Positions 30,942 to 40,725 of a stretch of DNA of 64,000 bases are shown here, one piece after another. This stretch comes from a virus, in IMG/VR virus record IMGVR_UViG_3300035703_000044, positions 29,765 through 93,764 of that record. One strand, 5' to 3'. Every line of letters begins with the position of its first letter. The stretch's first letter is position 1. The translations under genes were made by a program, and so were the position numbers. The notes beneath the pieces are model-generated. The model worked only from the letters and a program-made list of their open reading frames with translations, was not told the DNA's origin and searched no databases.

Positions 30942-31091
30942 ATGGACCAACATACCTATAATAATTGGGTCCGTATAAAGGAAACATTTGAAGCATCTGG
31001 TAATACAGATAATATGTTTTACAAGAGATCAGTGGAGATAGTTAAGACTAGAAGAGATCCCTTGGCAAAGTTTCTTGGAGATGAAAAGTAA
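30942..31091 (+). CDS. Small hypothetical protein (49 aa, not in track)
   Basis: MDQHTYNNWVRIKETFEASGNTDNMFYKR...; promoter-like sequence upstream. Confidence 0.55.
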   Translation: MDQHTYNNWVRIKETFEASGNTDNMFYKRSVEIVKTRRDPLAKFLGDEK

Positions 31092-31109
31092 GATTATACA
31101 TAGAGTACG

Positions 31110-31223
31110 ATGAGACATCTTGTTGTGGAATTACTTAATAATAATCTGTTCTTATTCATCTTGTGTTACCTCTTGACAATGGTTCCAATCTTGGGTATAA
31201 TGATCATACACAAAAACAAATAA
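31110..31223 (+). CDS. Small membrane peptide (37 aa, not in track)
   Basis: Single hydrophobic helix; ends at tRNA-Pro. Confidence 0.4.
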   Translation: MRHLVVELLNNNLFLFILCYLLTMVPILGIMIIHKNK

Positions 31224-31297
31224 CGGGGTGTAGCTCAGTTTGGTAGAGCGCTGCTTTTGGGAAGCAGAAGTCGTAGGTTCGAATCCTGTCACCCCGA
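31224..31297 (+). tRNA. tRNA-Pro(UGG)
   Basis: Cloverleaf; CTGCT-TTTGGGA-AGCAG. Confidence 0.92.
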
Positions 31298-31313
31298 TCA
31301 TAAAACTCACTTT

Positions 31314-31541
31314 ATGAAAATGCAAGAAATTTCTGAACTTCAATCATTCACTGTAGAAGAGTTTCAAACTGACTTTGATAATCTTATGGATAGAGTAGAA
31401 CAAGGAGAATCGTTTATCATAACAAGTGAACATGGTAGTGCAGTTATGGTGCCATATAAAGAAGTGGTAGAAGTATTTGAAGAATGTGGTGTGAGTGAGG
31501 ATATAATACGCATTCACACCAACCACGAAGAAGGTTCATAA
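31314..31541 (+). CDS. Phd/YefM-like protein
   Basis: FTVEEFQ.DFD.LMDRVE.GE.F.IT....AVMVP resembles the Phd/YefM N-terminal fold. Confidence 0.5.
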   Translation: MKMQEISELQSFTVEEFQTDFDNLMDRVEQGESFIITSEHGSAVMVPYKEVVEVFEECGVSEDIIRIHTNHEEGS

Positions 31542-31548
31542 TTTTCTC

Positions 31549-31620
31549 GGGACTGTCGCCTATTGGCTAAGGCCCACTGCTTATAACGGTGTGAACTGGG
31601 TTCAATTCCCAGCAGTCCTA
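31549..31620 (+). tRNA. tRNA-Ile(UAU)
   Basis: Cloverleaf; CACTG-CTTATAA-CGGTG. Confidence 0.85.
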
Positions 31621-31623
31621 CTT

Positions 31624-31696
31624 GCTCCTTTAGCTCTCTGGTGAAAGCACTCTGCTCATAACAGAAGAAAGGTCAGTTCGATCCTGACAAGGAGCA
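31624..31696 (+). tRNA. tRNA with CAU anticodon (Met or Ile2)
   Basis: Cloverleaf; TCTG-CTCATAA-CAGA. Confidence 0.85.
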
Positions 31697-31773
31697 CTAG
31701 GACAGAAACTCTTCTGTCCATCTTGACTTCTCCAAGTCAAACCCTTATAATACTAAGGTCAACATTCAAAACA

Positions 31774-31989
31774 ATGACTCTCAATTCCAAATTCAAGAAA
31801 GACATCCAAACCCTTCGTGGTGCAGCAAACGGTGAATTTTATCTTGATGTGAAGAATCCGAAACTTTACAAAAAGGTTCGTCGGTACTATGAAAGTGAAG
31901 GTGTAGTATTCTCTGGTGATCCTCTGGATGATTATGAAATGCTTATGGAATATGTGTATAGTGACCTTGAATCTGTGGAAGTAGCATGA
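31774..31989 (+). CDS. Conserved cyanophage hypothetical protein
   Basis: LDVKNPKLYKKVRRYY; promoter TTGACT-17-TATAAT upstream. Confidence 0.65.
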   Translation: MTLNSKFKKDIQTLRGAANGEFYLDVKNPKLYKKVRRYYESEGVVFSGDPLDDYEMLMEYVYSDLESVEVA

Positions 31990-32234
31990 CAACACGACTT
32001 CCTAAAGTTCTTTTGGAACGAGAAGGATATCGTTTCGTTGAAGTGGGTATTCTTGAAATCAACGGTAAACCTGATTACCGTATGCAAAAACAAAACGAAT
32101 ACACCAAACGTTGGAATGACATTTATCTTTTTGATAATGTTCTACAATGTTCTACTGCAATGGAAGATATTGAGTATGCGAAATGGTTAGATCCAGATCG
32201 TGTTCCTTGTTATGTGAGAGATGATGATGAGTAA
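31986..32234 (+). CDS. Conserved cyanophage hypothetical protein
   Basis: ATGA-coupled; NGKPDYR.QK...YLFDN. Confidence 0.65.
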   Translation: MTTRLPKVLLEREGYRFVEVGILEINGKPDYRMQKQNEYTKRWNDIYLFDNVLQCSTAMEDIEYAKWLDPDRVPCYVRDDDE

Positions 32235-32282
32235 ATAGTCACGGATGGACTATAACAGCACTGGTCGGGAGCAAAACCCCTT

Positions 32283-32516
32283 ATGTCTAAATCTGATATT
32301 CTCAGATACATTGGTAATGTTCTTCTCTTATCAGGATACTTTTTCCTTTTATGGGGAGATCCAAAATCTGGGTTATTAGTTAAGTGTATAGGAAATGCAT
32401 TTGTAATTCCCTTTGCACTTAAGTATAAGTTCTGGGACATTTTAATTCTATGTGGTTTTTATGCCGCGATTGAGATACCAAAACTTATACAACTTTTCTT
32501 AGTTTCTCAAAACTGA
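32283..32516 (+). CDS. Small multi-pass membrane protein
   Basis: 77 aa, about three hydrophobic helices; lies between RNA modules. Confidence 0.6.
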   Translation: MSKSDILRYIGNVLLLSGYFFLLWGDPKSGLLVKCIGNAFVIPFALKYKFWDILILCGFYAAIEIPKLIQLFLVSQN

Positions 32517-32636
32517 GTGGTGGAGTCAAATGACCCCTATGAGTTTCTTGCTTCTCTCAAGAGCAAGTGGTGCGGATGGAGGTTACTCCCGCTGAGTTTC
32601 TTGTTTTCTCGTACTCAAAACAAGTGGCGAGCCTGA
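32500..32636 (+). ncRNA. wcaG-type structured RNA (repeated GUUUC-hairpin-UGGYG modules)
   Basis: Three modules ending TGGTG/TGGTG/TGGCG, upstream of an NAD-dependent epimerase, the known context of the wcaG motif. Confidence 0.7.
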
Positions 32637-32643
32637 GTTACAT

Positions 32644-32680
32644 AAGAGGAGTTGCATAAACTCCTCTTTTTTTGTATAAT
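32644..32680 (+). terminator. Terminator overlapping sigma70 promoter TTGCAT-17-TATAAT
   Basis: AGAGGAGTT/AACTCCTCT stem plus T-tract. Confidence 0.7.
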
Positions 32681-32707
32681 AGATAGTACAGAGATTATTC
32701 ATTTTCT

Positions 32708-33754
32708 ATGAGTCAATATGTAAAGAAGGCACTTGTGCTTGGTGCTGGTGGTTTTATTGGAAGTCATATGGTGAAGAGACTTCGTTCGGAAGGATATTGG
32801 GTTCGTGGTGTGGACCTAAAATATCCAGAATTTTCTGGGACTGAAGCCAATGAATTTGTTATTGGTGATCTGAGAGATGTTTCTTTTGTAGAACGAGTCA
32901 TTCAATATAAAGGTGATCGTGGAAACTTTTATAAGTTTGTTCCATCCAGATATCTTCAGGCATTTGATGAAATTTATCAGTTTGCTGCTGATATGGGTGG
33001 TGCTGGATTTGTTTTTAGTGGAGAAAATGATGCAGATATTATGCATAACTCCGCTACAATTAATCTAAATGTTCTTGAGTCTGTAAGAAAGTTTAATGAC
33101 TTTCTTGGCAAAAATGTAACCAAAGTTTTCTATTCTGGATCTGCTTGCATGTATCCAGAACATAATCAGTTAGATCCAGACAACCCCGATTGTCGTGAAG
33201 AGTCTGCATATCCCGCTAACCCAGATTCAGAATATGGATGGGAAAAACTCTTTTCTGAACGTCTGTACTTTGCTTATCATCGCAACTATGGTATTCCTGT
33301 ACGTGTTGCTCGATACCACAATATTTTTGGACCAGAAGGGACTTGGACTGGTGGTAGGGAAAAGGCCCCTGCAGCTATTTGTCGCAAAGTAGCAGAACTT
33401 CCTGATCTTGGTGGAACGATTGAAGTGTGGGGTGATGGAGAACAGACACGTTCATTCCTTTATGTTGATGAGTGTATTGAAGCAACTCGTCGCATGATGG
33501 ATTCCAATTTCATTGGACCAGTGAATATTGGTTCCGAAGAGATGGTGACGATTAATCAACTCGTAGATACTGTTTCTAAGGTTGCTGGCATCCCTGTAAA
33601 GAGACAACATAAACTTGATGCTCCTCTTGGTGTTCGTGGTCGCAACTCTAATAATGATCTGATTCGTGAAAAATTAGGTTGGGATTATGAACAGACTCTT
33701 GAAGAAGGCATTCGCAAAACATATTTCTGGATCAAAGAACAACTGCAAAAATGA
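32708..33754 (+). CDS. NAD-dependent epimerase, GDP-mannose 3,5-epimerase-like
   Basis: GAGGFIG, AADMGG.GF, YGWEK, GREKAPAA.CRK. Confidence 0.88.
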   Translation: MSQYVKKALVLGAGGFIGSHMVKRLRSEGYWVRGVDLKYPEFSGTEANEFVIGDLRDVSFVERVIQYKGDRGNFYKFVPSRYLQAFDEIYQFAADMGGAGFVFSGENDADIMHNSATINLNVLESVRKFNDFLGKNVTKVFYSGSACMYPEHNQLDPDNPDCREESAYPANPDSEYGWEKLFSERLYFAYHRNYGIPVRVARYHNIFGPEGTWTGGREKAPAAICRKVAELPDLGGTIEVWGDGEQTRSFLYVDECIEATRRMMDSNFIGPVNIGSEEMVTINQLVDTVSKVAGIPVKRQHKLDAPLGVRGRNSNNDLIREKLGWDYEQTLEEGIRKTYFWIKEQLQK

Positions 33755-34548
33755 CTATCAGTTTTAACCTTTTGGGACATCATGGTAGACTCGGTAACCA
33801 GATGTTCCAGTATGCAACTTTAAAATCTATTGCTACAAAACACGGATACGAGTTTACGATCCCTCCAAGTGATTTCAATGATCCTTGGCACGATCATCAA
33901 CTCTTTGAGGGATTTGAACTTTATTCTCTACCAAAAGAGAATATTGGGTATAATCAAACAGATAAGAGAGTTGAGGAAGGTCACTTTCATTTCAATCAAG
34001 AACTTTATGAAAGTTGTCCTGATGATATAGATCTTTTTGGATACTTTCAAACTGAAAAGTATTTCTCAGACATCAAAGAAGATGTAAAAAAAGATTTTAC
34101 ATTTAAAGAAAATATTCTTTCAGTCGCAAAAGATTACAGAAGTCAAATTGAGAGTGATGAAGTTATCTCATTACATGTTCGTAGAGGAGATTATGTAAAT
34201 CAACCTTGGCATGGATGTTGTCCCCTTGAATATTATCAAGAAGCTCTTTCTATGATTGACTCTAATATTCCCGTTATTATTTTTACTGACGATCCAAAGT
34301 GGGCATTGAATCAAAACATTTTTGGATCGGATAGATTCTATGTCTCACAAGGTAATAGTAATCTATTTGATATGTGTCTGATGTCTTTATGTGATTATCA
34401 CATTATTGCAAACTCATCATTCTCTTGGTGGGGAGCCTGGTTATCTAATAGTAAAAAAATCATTGCTCCTAAGAGATGGTTCGGTCCACCATTGAGTGAT
34501 CAAAACGATACTAAAGATTTGGTTCCTGATAGGTGGATTAAGATATGA
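33751..34548 (+). CDS. GT11 alpha-1,2-fucosyltransferase-like
   Basis: GRLGNQMFQYA, HVRRGDY, NSSFSWWGA. Confidence 0.88.
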   Translation: MTISFNLLGHHGRLGNQMFQYATLKSIATKHGYEFTIPPSDFNDPWHDHQLFEGFELYSLPKENIGYNQTDKRVEEGHFHFNQELYESCPDDIDLFGYFQTEKYFSDIKEDVKKDFTFKENILSVAKDYRSQIESDEVISLHVRRGDYVNQPWHGCCPLEYYQEALSMIDSNIPVIIFTDDPKWALNQNIFGSDRFYVSQGNSNLFDMCLMSLCDYHIIANSSFSWWGAWLSNSKKIIAPKRWFGPPLSDQNDTKDLVPDRWIKI

Positions 34549-35417
34549 TAGACTTAAGTAATGTAACTTTTATTATTCCATTAAGGATTGATAGTGATGA
34601 TAGACTTCGTAATATCATCCTATCAACCTCTTTTTTGTTAAGTAAGTTTGACTGTAAGGTTATTATTAAAGAATCTGATGATATGTCCAAGTTCAATACT
34701 TGGGCTAGACCTTTGATTGAATCAATAGTTGATACAAAGAATCTGATTTATATCTTTGAGGAAAATTATGATGAACACTTTCATCGTACTAGACTATTAA
34801 ATGAAATGATCTTAGAAACCACGACTGATATTGTGGTTAACTATGACTCTGATATTATTCTTCCAGTTGATTCTTATGTAAAATCAAAAGAGATGTTGGA
34901 CTCTGGTAAGTATGATGTTGTTTACCCTTATAGATTTGGTGAGAAGGGTGAACGTAAGGTAGTTCTTGATACCAAAGTCGAAGATGAAAATGATTTGAAA
35001 TGTCTTCTAGATTTTCCACTAATCAAAGAGTTTATTTCAAATTTGAATCCAGAAACTTTTGATAAGTCATATGGATACGCTCAGAATGTGAACGGACTTG
35101 GATGGGCTGAGTATGGAATGGTTCAGTTTTTCAATACTCAGGTTTATAAGGATGGATATCTGGAGAATGAAAACTTCATTGCATATGCTCCGGAAGATGT
35201 TGAGAGACATCACAGATGGAATATTTTAGGATATACAATCGGTAGAGTTGATAATCATGCATATCATCTAGAACATAAAAGAACTCAAAATTCTTGGTTC
35301 AATAATCCATTCATGCAAAAGAATAATCAACTTTGGGAATATTTGAAGGAACTTTCCAAAGATCAAGTTATAGAGTATTATGAGAATCAAGAGTATGTGA
35401 AGGAGAAATTAAAATGA
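34545..35417 (+). CDS. GT-A glycosyltransferase (GT2/GT7-like)
   Basis: FIIP, DSD, ENENF...PED.ER, HLEH. Confidence 0.7.
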   Translation: MIDLSNVTFIIPLRIDSDDRLRNIILSTSFLLSKFDCKVIIKESDDMSKFNTWARPLIESIVDTKNLIYIFEENYDEHFHRTRLLNEMILETTTDIVVNYDSDIILPVDSYVKSKEMLDSGKYDVVYPYRFGEKGERKVVLDTKVEDENDLKCLLDFPLIKEFISNLNPETFDKSYGYAQNVNGLGWAEYGMVQFFNTQVYKDGYLENENFIAYAPEDVERHHRWNILGYTIGRVDNHAYHLEHKRTQNSWFNNPFMQKNNQLWEYLKELSKDQVIEYYENQEYVKEKLK

Positions 35418-36151
35418 GTTGGCATCTAGTAAATTATGCAGATGAAAAGTTTCGAGATGATCAATCTTTTATAGAAAGAGTTCACTCTAAAAACTTCAAT
35501 GTTATTTCTTACAACAGAGACTGGTTGATTTCTACTGATTTTTATAAGGATAATCAAAGTCTTCTTGATGAAGAAACTGGTGGAGGTTGGTGGGTTTGGA
35601 AACCTTATGTGATTCTTGATGCTCTTTTAAAGGTTGATGAAAATGACTATGTAATCTACTGTGATTGTGGAGACATAATATCACCTAACATAAAATCATA
35701 TGTAGAGAATACTTTGTCTGAGGATGAGTTTTGTCTTCTTCTTCTAGGAAACAATAAGAATAGTGATTACACAAAAAGAGATTGTTTCATTTTGATGGAT
35801 TGTGATGAAGAAGATTATTGGGACTCAAATCAATTGGAAGCCGGAGTTCAAGTTTGGAAGAAAACTGAACAGTCTATCAATATCATTTCTGATTGGATGA
35901 AGTTCTGTTTAGATTCTAGAATTATTAAAAATGATCCCAGTTCTTTGGGTGAAGAACTATCTACATTTAGAGAACATCGTAATGATCAAAGTGTATTGAC
36001 CAATATTGCAATACGAGAAGGTCTGAGTGTTAGTAATCAACAATTTAGGAACTTTATTGAATGTGATTATGACTATTGGTACGAAAGATATCCAGGTTCA
36101 AATCTTGGAAGAGATATTGATCGATTCTTAGTGGAGATTAAGAATGCATAG
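35414..36151 (+). CDS. Putative glycosyltransferase
   Basis: WVWKPY.I, Y.DCG, EHRNDQSVL. Confidence 0.55.
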   Translation: MSWHLVNYADEKFRDDQSFIERVHSKNFNVISYNRDWLISTDFYKDNQSLLDEETGGGWWVWKPYVILDALLKVDENDYVIYCDCGDIISPNIKSYVENTLSEDEFCLLLLGNNKNSDYTKRDCFILMDCDEEDYWDSNQLEAGVQVWKKTEQSINIISDWMKFCLDSRIIKNDPSSLGEELSTFREHRNDQSVLTNIAIREGLSVSNQQFRNFIECDYDYWYERYPGSNLGRDIDRFLVEIKNA

Positions 36152-36959
36152 TATTATCTTAACTATTCATAATAAAGAGTGGTTGGTTCAACAAGTCCTT
36201 GATGGAATTACAAAAAACACCAGGGGTAAGTATGAATTGATCGTAGTTCTTGATGGTTGTACTGATAAGTCTTTTGATATTGTAGAAGATTACTTTTACG
36301 GAAAAAGTCATGATGTTACCATAGCAACCACTCCAGATGTATACGAAACTAAAGCAAACAATGTTGGATTGAAAAGTGCATCTGGAGAGTATGTAATCAT
36401 CGTTCAAGATGATATGATTATCAAAGAAGATGGTTGGAATCTCAGAATGCAAAAACCATTTGATGCCTTTGATGATGTGTTTGCAGTTACTTCAAGAACT
36501 GCACATGGTTGGGAGTTCAATCACAGTACAAAACACCTAGGAATGAAAGAAGATCTAGATGACTGTTGGTGTGATATTTGTATACATACTAATCATGCGG
36601 ATAGGACAAATATCTCAAGAGATACTTTTGCTGTTCGTGCCTCAGTAAATAGAGGTCCTTTGATGATTAATCATGAAGACTTGAAGAAGTTAAATTATCT
36701 TGATGAAGAATTTTCTCCACAGGATATGGATGATCATGATTTGATGTATAGAATGCATAAAGAACTGGATAAAGTTTGTGGTTGTTATTGGATTGATTTT
36801 GAGTCAAAAGATGAGTGGGGTGGAACTAGAGTATCTGGTTCTCCAGCTCCTTGGTTACTCAAAGCAAATCATAAGAATATGAAAATATTCTATGAACGTC
36901 ACAAAGATCTTATTAATTTGGAGTATCAAAACGAAGACAGGAGGTTACTAGATGGTTGA
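36144..36959 (+). CDS. GT2 glycosyltransferase
   Basis: SIIL..HN, VVLDG.TD, N.GL, QDD. Confidence 0.8.
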   Translation: MHSIILTIHNKEWLVQQVLDGITKNTRGKYELIVVLDGCTDKSFDIVEDYFYGKSHDVTIATTPDVYETKANNVGLKSASGEYVIIVQDDMIIKEDGWNLRMQKPFDAFDDVFAVTSRTAHGWEFNHSTKHLGMKEDLDDCWCDICIHTNHADRTNISRDTFAVRASVNRGPLMINHEDLKKLNYLDEEFSPQDMDDHDLMYRMHKELDKVCGCYWIDFESKDEWGGTRVSGSPAPWLLKANHKNMKIFYERHKDLINLEYQNEDRRLLDG

Positions 36960-37572
36960 AGTTATCAGTCAAGAAAGATGGGAAGAAGCTCAATCTGGAG
37001 AGATTAATCACTATGATTATGGTAATGAAGAGAACTATAAGAACTCTGCATACATCATTCTGAGAGATCATTTTAATATTGATCCTGAGAATGATCTTGT
37101 TGGCAAAAAGATTTTAGAATCGGGTGGTGGTTGTTATCCATCAACTTATTTCTGTAAAGGTTTGAAGAAAGCTGTTAACGTCGAACCACTTTCTGATAAG
37201 TTTCCAGACAACGTAAAATCTAGACTTAACAATGCAAATGTAGAGTGTGTTTCTGTTGGATTTGAGGATTATAAAGGACGTTTAAAATTTGATGAAGTGT
37301 GGTTTTTTAATGTTCTTCAACATGTAAGAGATCCATACTTACAAATTGAAAATGCAAAACGAATTGCAAATGTGGTTAGGGTTTTTGAACCTATTGATAC
37401 TGCAATTAATAATGAACATCCACATAGTTTTAACATGCAATTCTTTAAAGAACAGTTTCCAGATGCTGAAGTTAAGATGTATCAAGGTGGTTCTGTTGCG
37501 AGATTTCATGGAGCAAACTGTGTATATTTGACTTGGACTAAAAATGACAAAAAGAAAACTACTAAATCTTGA
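36952..37572 (+). CDS. Class I SAM-dependent methyltransferase-like
   Basis: ILESGGG motif I, FD....NVLQHV.DP. Confidence 0.65.
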   Translation: MVEVISQERWEEAQSGEINHYDYGNEENYKNSAYIILRDHFNIDPENDLVGKKILESGGGCYPSTYFCKGLKKAVNVEPLSDKFPDNVKSRLNNANVECVSVGFEDYKGRLKFDEVWFFNVLQHVRDPYLQIENAKRIANVVRVFEPIDTAINNEHPHSFNMQFFKEQFPDAEVKMYQGGSVARFHGANCVYLTWTKNDKKKTTKS

Positions 37573-38251
37573 TCTAATTTCCATCAATTGTGTTGACCCT
37601 TATCAATCTGCTGCAGCAATAAATTATTGCCAAAAGTTTTTTGAATTTGGGAAAAGTATTCTAGTTACACATCAGGATATTGATGTGCATGATATTGAAC
37701 TACACATCATTGACAAACTGGATTGGTATCAATATAATGACCATGTACTTAGTTTAATTGAACACACAGATAATGAATATGTGATGTTGATTCAGGATGA
37801 TGGTCATCCAATCAATCCTGAACTTTGGGATGATGAATATCTAGAATATGATTACATTGGAGCTCCATGGCCTGGTGAAGAGAGTTGGATTAGTCTTCAA
37901 CATAAAGATCAACAAGATTATATTAGAAAAAACTTTCCAAAGAATAGAGTTGGAAATGGTGGATTTTGTATAAGAAGTAGAAAGTTCTTAGAATTTTCTG
38001 CACAGTATGATTCTTGTAATGGTCTTGGGGAAGACAGTTTTCTTTGTACTCGAAAATATGAAGAAGCAATTGCATATGGAATCAAATTTGCTCCTCTTGA
38101 ATTAGCTTCTAAATTTTCATATGAGAATCCATGCATAGAATTTGGTACGTCATGGAATCAACAAGTAGTTCTTGATAAATCAAAACACTTTGGATGGCAT
38201 GGTAAAAACTTTTTAAACACTCAAGAATTAATGTCTTTAAAATATACGTGA
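37544..38251 (+). CDS. DUF5672-like (glycosyltransferase-like) protein
   Basis: Q.DG, YDYIGAPW, VGNGGF..RS, ED, FG.HG. Confidence 0.7.
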   Translation: MTKRKLLNLDLISINCVDPYQSAAAINYCQKFFEFGKSILVTHQDIDVHDIELHIIDKLDWYQYNDHVLSLIEHTDNEYVMLIQDDGHPINPELWDDEYLEYDYIGAPWPGEESWISLQHKDQQDYIRKNFPKNRVGNGGFCIRSRKFLEFSAQYDSCNGLGEDSFLCTRKYEEAIAYGIKFAPLELASKFSYENPCIEFGTSWNQQVVLDKSKHFGWHGKNFLNTQELMSLKYT

Positions 38252-38252
38252 T

Positions 38253-39242
38253 ATGAAAGTACTTGTAACTGGAACTGCTGGTTTACTTGGAGCAAATTAC
38301 TCTAGGCACCTTCTTGCAAATGGTCATACTGTAATTGGTATTGATAATTTCTCTGGAGGATATAAAGCTTTTCTTCCCAAGAATGATAACTTAAAATTTT
38401 ACAAAGTTAATCTGGAAAATAGAAAAAAAGTAAAAGATATATTTGAGTTAGAGAAACCAGATGTAGTATATCACTTTGCTGCATATGCTGCTGAAGGTTT
38501 ATCTCCATTCATTCGTAACTACAACTACAGAAACAATGTAATTTGTTCTGCAAATATTATTAATGAGTGTATTAACTATAATAGTAAATTGGTCTTTACC
38601 TCAAGTATGGCTGTTTATGGAGAACAACAACCTCCATTTACAGAGGACTTGAGACCTATGCCTGTTGACCCATATGGTGTCGCAAAGTATTCTGTTGAGG
38701 TAGATATTAAACTTGCTGGAGAACAATTTGGTCTTCCTTACAATATCATCAGACCACATAATGTCTTGGGTAAGTATCAGAATATCTGGGACAGATATCG
38801 TAATGTGATTGGTATTTTCATTCGTAAAGCAATTACTGGGCAACCTCTTTTAGTTTATGGTGATGGAGAACAAACTAGAGCATTCTCCGACATCAAGTAT
38901 TACATGGAGCCATTTGATAAACTTCTCACTGATTATAGTGGAGAGTTGTTTAATATTGGTGCCGACAAATACTTTACTATCAATGAGGCTGCAGAGACTG
39001 TAAAAAAAGTTGCATCTAAGTATGGATATAATGCAACTATTGAACATGGTGAACCAAGACATGAAGTTAAACATGCATACTGCGATCATACAAAGGCAAA
39101 AACTTTTCTAAACTTTGTTGATGAAACTGAGTTGGAACCTCTGATTGATAGTATGTTTGAGTGGGCAGTTAAACAACCAAATAGGAAAGTGAAAGATATG
39201 GAATACGAAGTAACAAAAGACATTTACGATTATTGGAAATGA
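38253..39242 (+). CDS. NAD-dependent epimerase/dehydratase
   Basis: TG.AGLLG, TSSMAVYG, YGVAK. Confidence 0.88.
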   Translation: MKVLVTGTAGLLGANYSRHLLANGHTVIGIDNFSGGYKAFLPKNDNLKFYKVNLENRKKVKDIFELEKPDVVYHFAAYAAEGLSPFIRNYNYRNNVICSANIINECINYNSKLVFTSSMAVYGEQQPPFTEDLRPMPVDPYGVAKYSVEVDIKLAGEQFGLPYNIIRPHNVLGKYQNIWDRYRNVIGIFIRKAITGQPLLVYGDGEQTRAFSDIKYYMEPFDKLLTDYSGELFNIGADKYFTINEAAETVKKVASKYGYNATIEHGEPRHEVKHAYCDHTKAKTFLNFVDETELEPLIDSMFEWAVKQPNRKVKDMEYEVTKDIYDYWK

Positions 39243-39943
39243 AACCCATTCAAGTATTCATGAGACACTGTTATTATTCTCCAAACAGTGCTCTCCCAAA
39301 TAGACATAGACCAGATTGGTTTGATAAGATTAAACTCTTTGAAAATTTTAAGAGAACAATTAATCCCGAACTTGCTGATTATACTATTGTGTATGATGAA
39401 AAGTTTGGACCAATCTCTGATACTTTCTTAAAAGATGAGGAGAATGTTGAGATTATTAATTTTGGGTATGAAGCAGGAAGTTTTTCTCGCTCTGTGGACA
39501 TTGCATTAGAAAAAAACTTTTCTAATGATACCATTGTTTATTTTCTTGAAGATGATTATTTACATCAACCTGGATGGTGTGAAATTCTTTTGGAAGGATT
39601 TACTCTTCCAACACATTATATCTCATTGTATGATCACCTAGACAAGTATATTGATTCTGGATATGACAATCTTGTATCAAAGGTAATGGTGAGTGATTCA
39701 GTTCATTGGAGAACTGTACCATCAACTTGTAACACATATGCTGCAAGAGTTAGAGATCTAAAAGAAGACTATAATATTCATAAACATTATAGTGATGCAT
39801 CTCCTGATGGGATTTCAATGGATCATGCAAAGTTCGTACATCTTGGTAATATTGGGAAGAGACTGATTACGTCAATTCCAGGATATGCAACTCATTGTGA
39901 TCATCTCCAGTCCCCAGTAATTGATTGGAAGAAATATCTATGA
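39239..39943 (+). CDS. Putative glycosyltransferase
   Basis: YFLEDDYLH motif; operon context. Confidence 0.55.
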   Translation: MKPIQVFMRHCYYSPNSALPNRHRPDWFDKIKLFENFKRTINPELADYTIVYDEKFGPISDTFLKDEENVEIINFGYEAGSFSRSVDIALEKNFSNDTIVYFLEDDYLHQPGWCEILLEGFTLPTHYISLYDHLDKYIDSGYDNLVSKVMVSDSVHWRTVPSTCNTYAARVRDLKEDYNIHKHYSDASPDGISMDHAKFVHLGNIGKRLITSIPGYATHCDHLQSPVIDWKKYL

Positions 39944-40725
39944 ATTGTATATTGTACCTTGTTAGGTCTTCTGAGGAGGACTTGAATGATTTCAATAAAT
40001 CATTGTCTTTACTAGAAACTAACCTCATTCCATTTACAAAAGAGGTTGATCTAGTAGTTTTTTGTGAAGAATCATTCGAAGAGTATAAGTCAAAAGTAGA
40101 AACTGAACTTAATATAAAGTATCAACTAATTGAATTTGATGTTCCCGATTACCCAAAAGAAATTGTAGACAACATACCAGAATTTTTTCCACATCCAACT
40201 CATGGAAATGGTCCAGTTGCTTGGGGGCATCCTGGATTTTCTATGGGATATCGACATATGTGTAGATTTTTTTCTGGACAAATGTATAAGTTTGATATTC
40301 TCAAACAGTATGACTATTACTTAAGACTGGATACAGACTCTTTTATTCATACTTCACTCAACTATGATATTTTTGAATGGGCTAAAACTAATGATTGTTA
40401 TTATGGATTCATTGCACCAGCAGTTCAACAAGATAATGAGAAAGTCGTTGAAGGACTATGGGATTATGTAAACGAGGCATACCCAAATAATATTCCTGAC
40501 GGATTGATGTTTTATACAAACTTTGAGTTGGGCAAAACATCTTGGTTCTTGACAAGTGAGTACATGAACTTCTATAATTATATTGATAAGTGTGGTGGAA
40601 TTTATACTAAGAGGTGGGGAGATGCTCCTATTAAGTTTCTTGGTATTAATTTATTCATGAATCAAAAGAATATTATTCCAGTTCAAGGATTCACGTATCA
40701 ACATGGAGCAATCTATACAGTATAA
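39940..40725 (+). CDS. GT15 (Kre2/Mnt1-like) alpha-mannosyltransferase
   Basis: YRHMCRFFSG, YDYY.RLD.D, NFE, RWGDAP. Confidence 0.8.
   Translation: MNCILYLVRSSEEDLNDFNKSLSLLETNLIPFTKEVDLVVFCEESFEEYKSKVETELNIKYQLIEFDVPDYPKEIVDNIPEFFPHPTHGNGPVAWGHPGFSMGYRHMCRFFSGQMYKFDILKQYDYYLRLDTDSFIHTSLNYDIFEWAKTNDCYYGFIAPAVQQDNEKVVEGLWDYVNEAYPNNIPDGLMFYTNFELGKTSWFLTSEYMNFYNYIDKCGGIYTKRWGDAPIKFLGINLFMNQKNIIPVQGFTYQHGAIYTV

Noticed and set aside
32500-32636. CRISPR-like mini-array
   Set aside because: Repeats are only short motifs, the intervening sequences are self-complementary stems, and no cas genes are present
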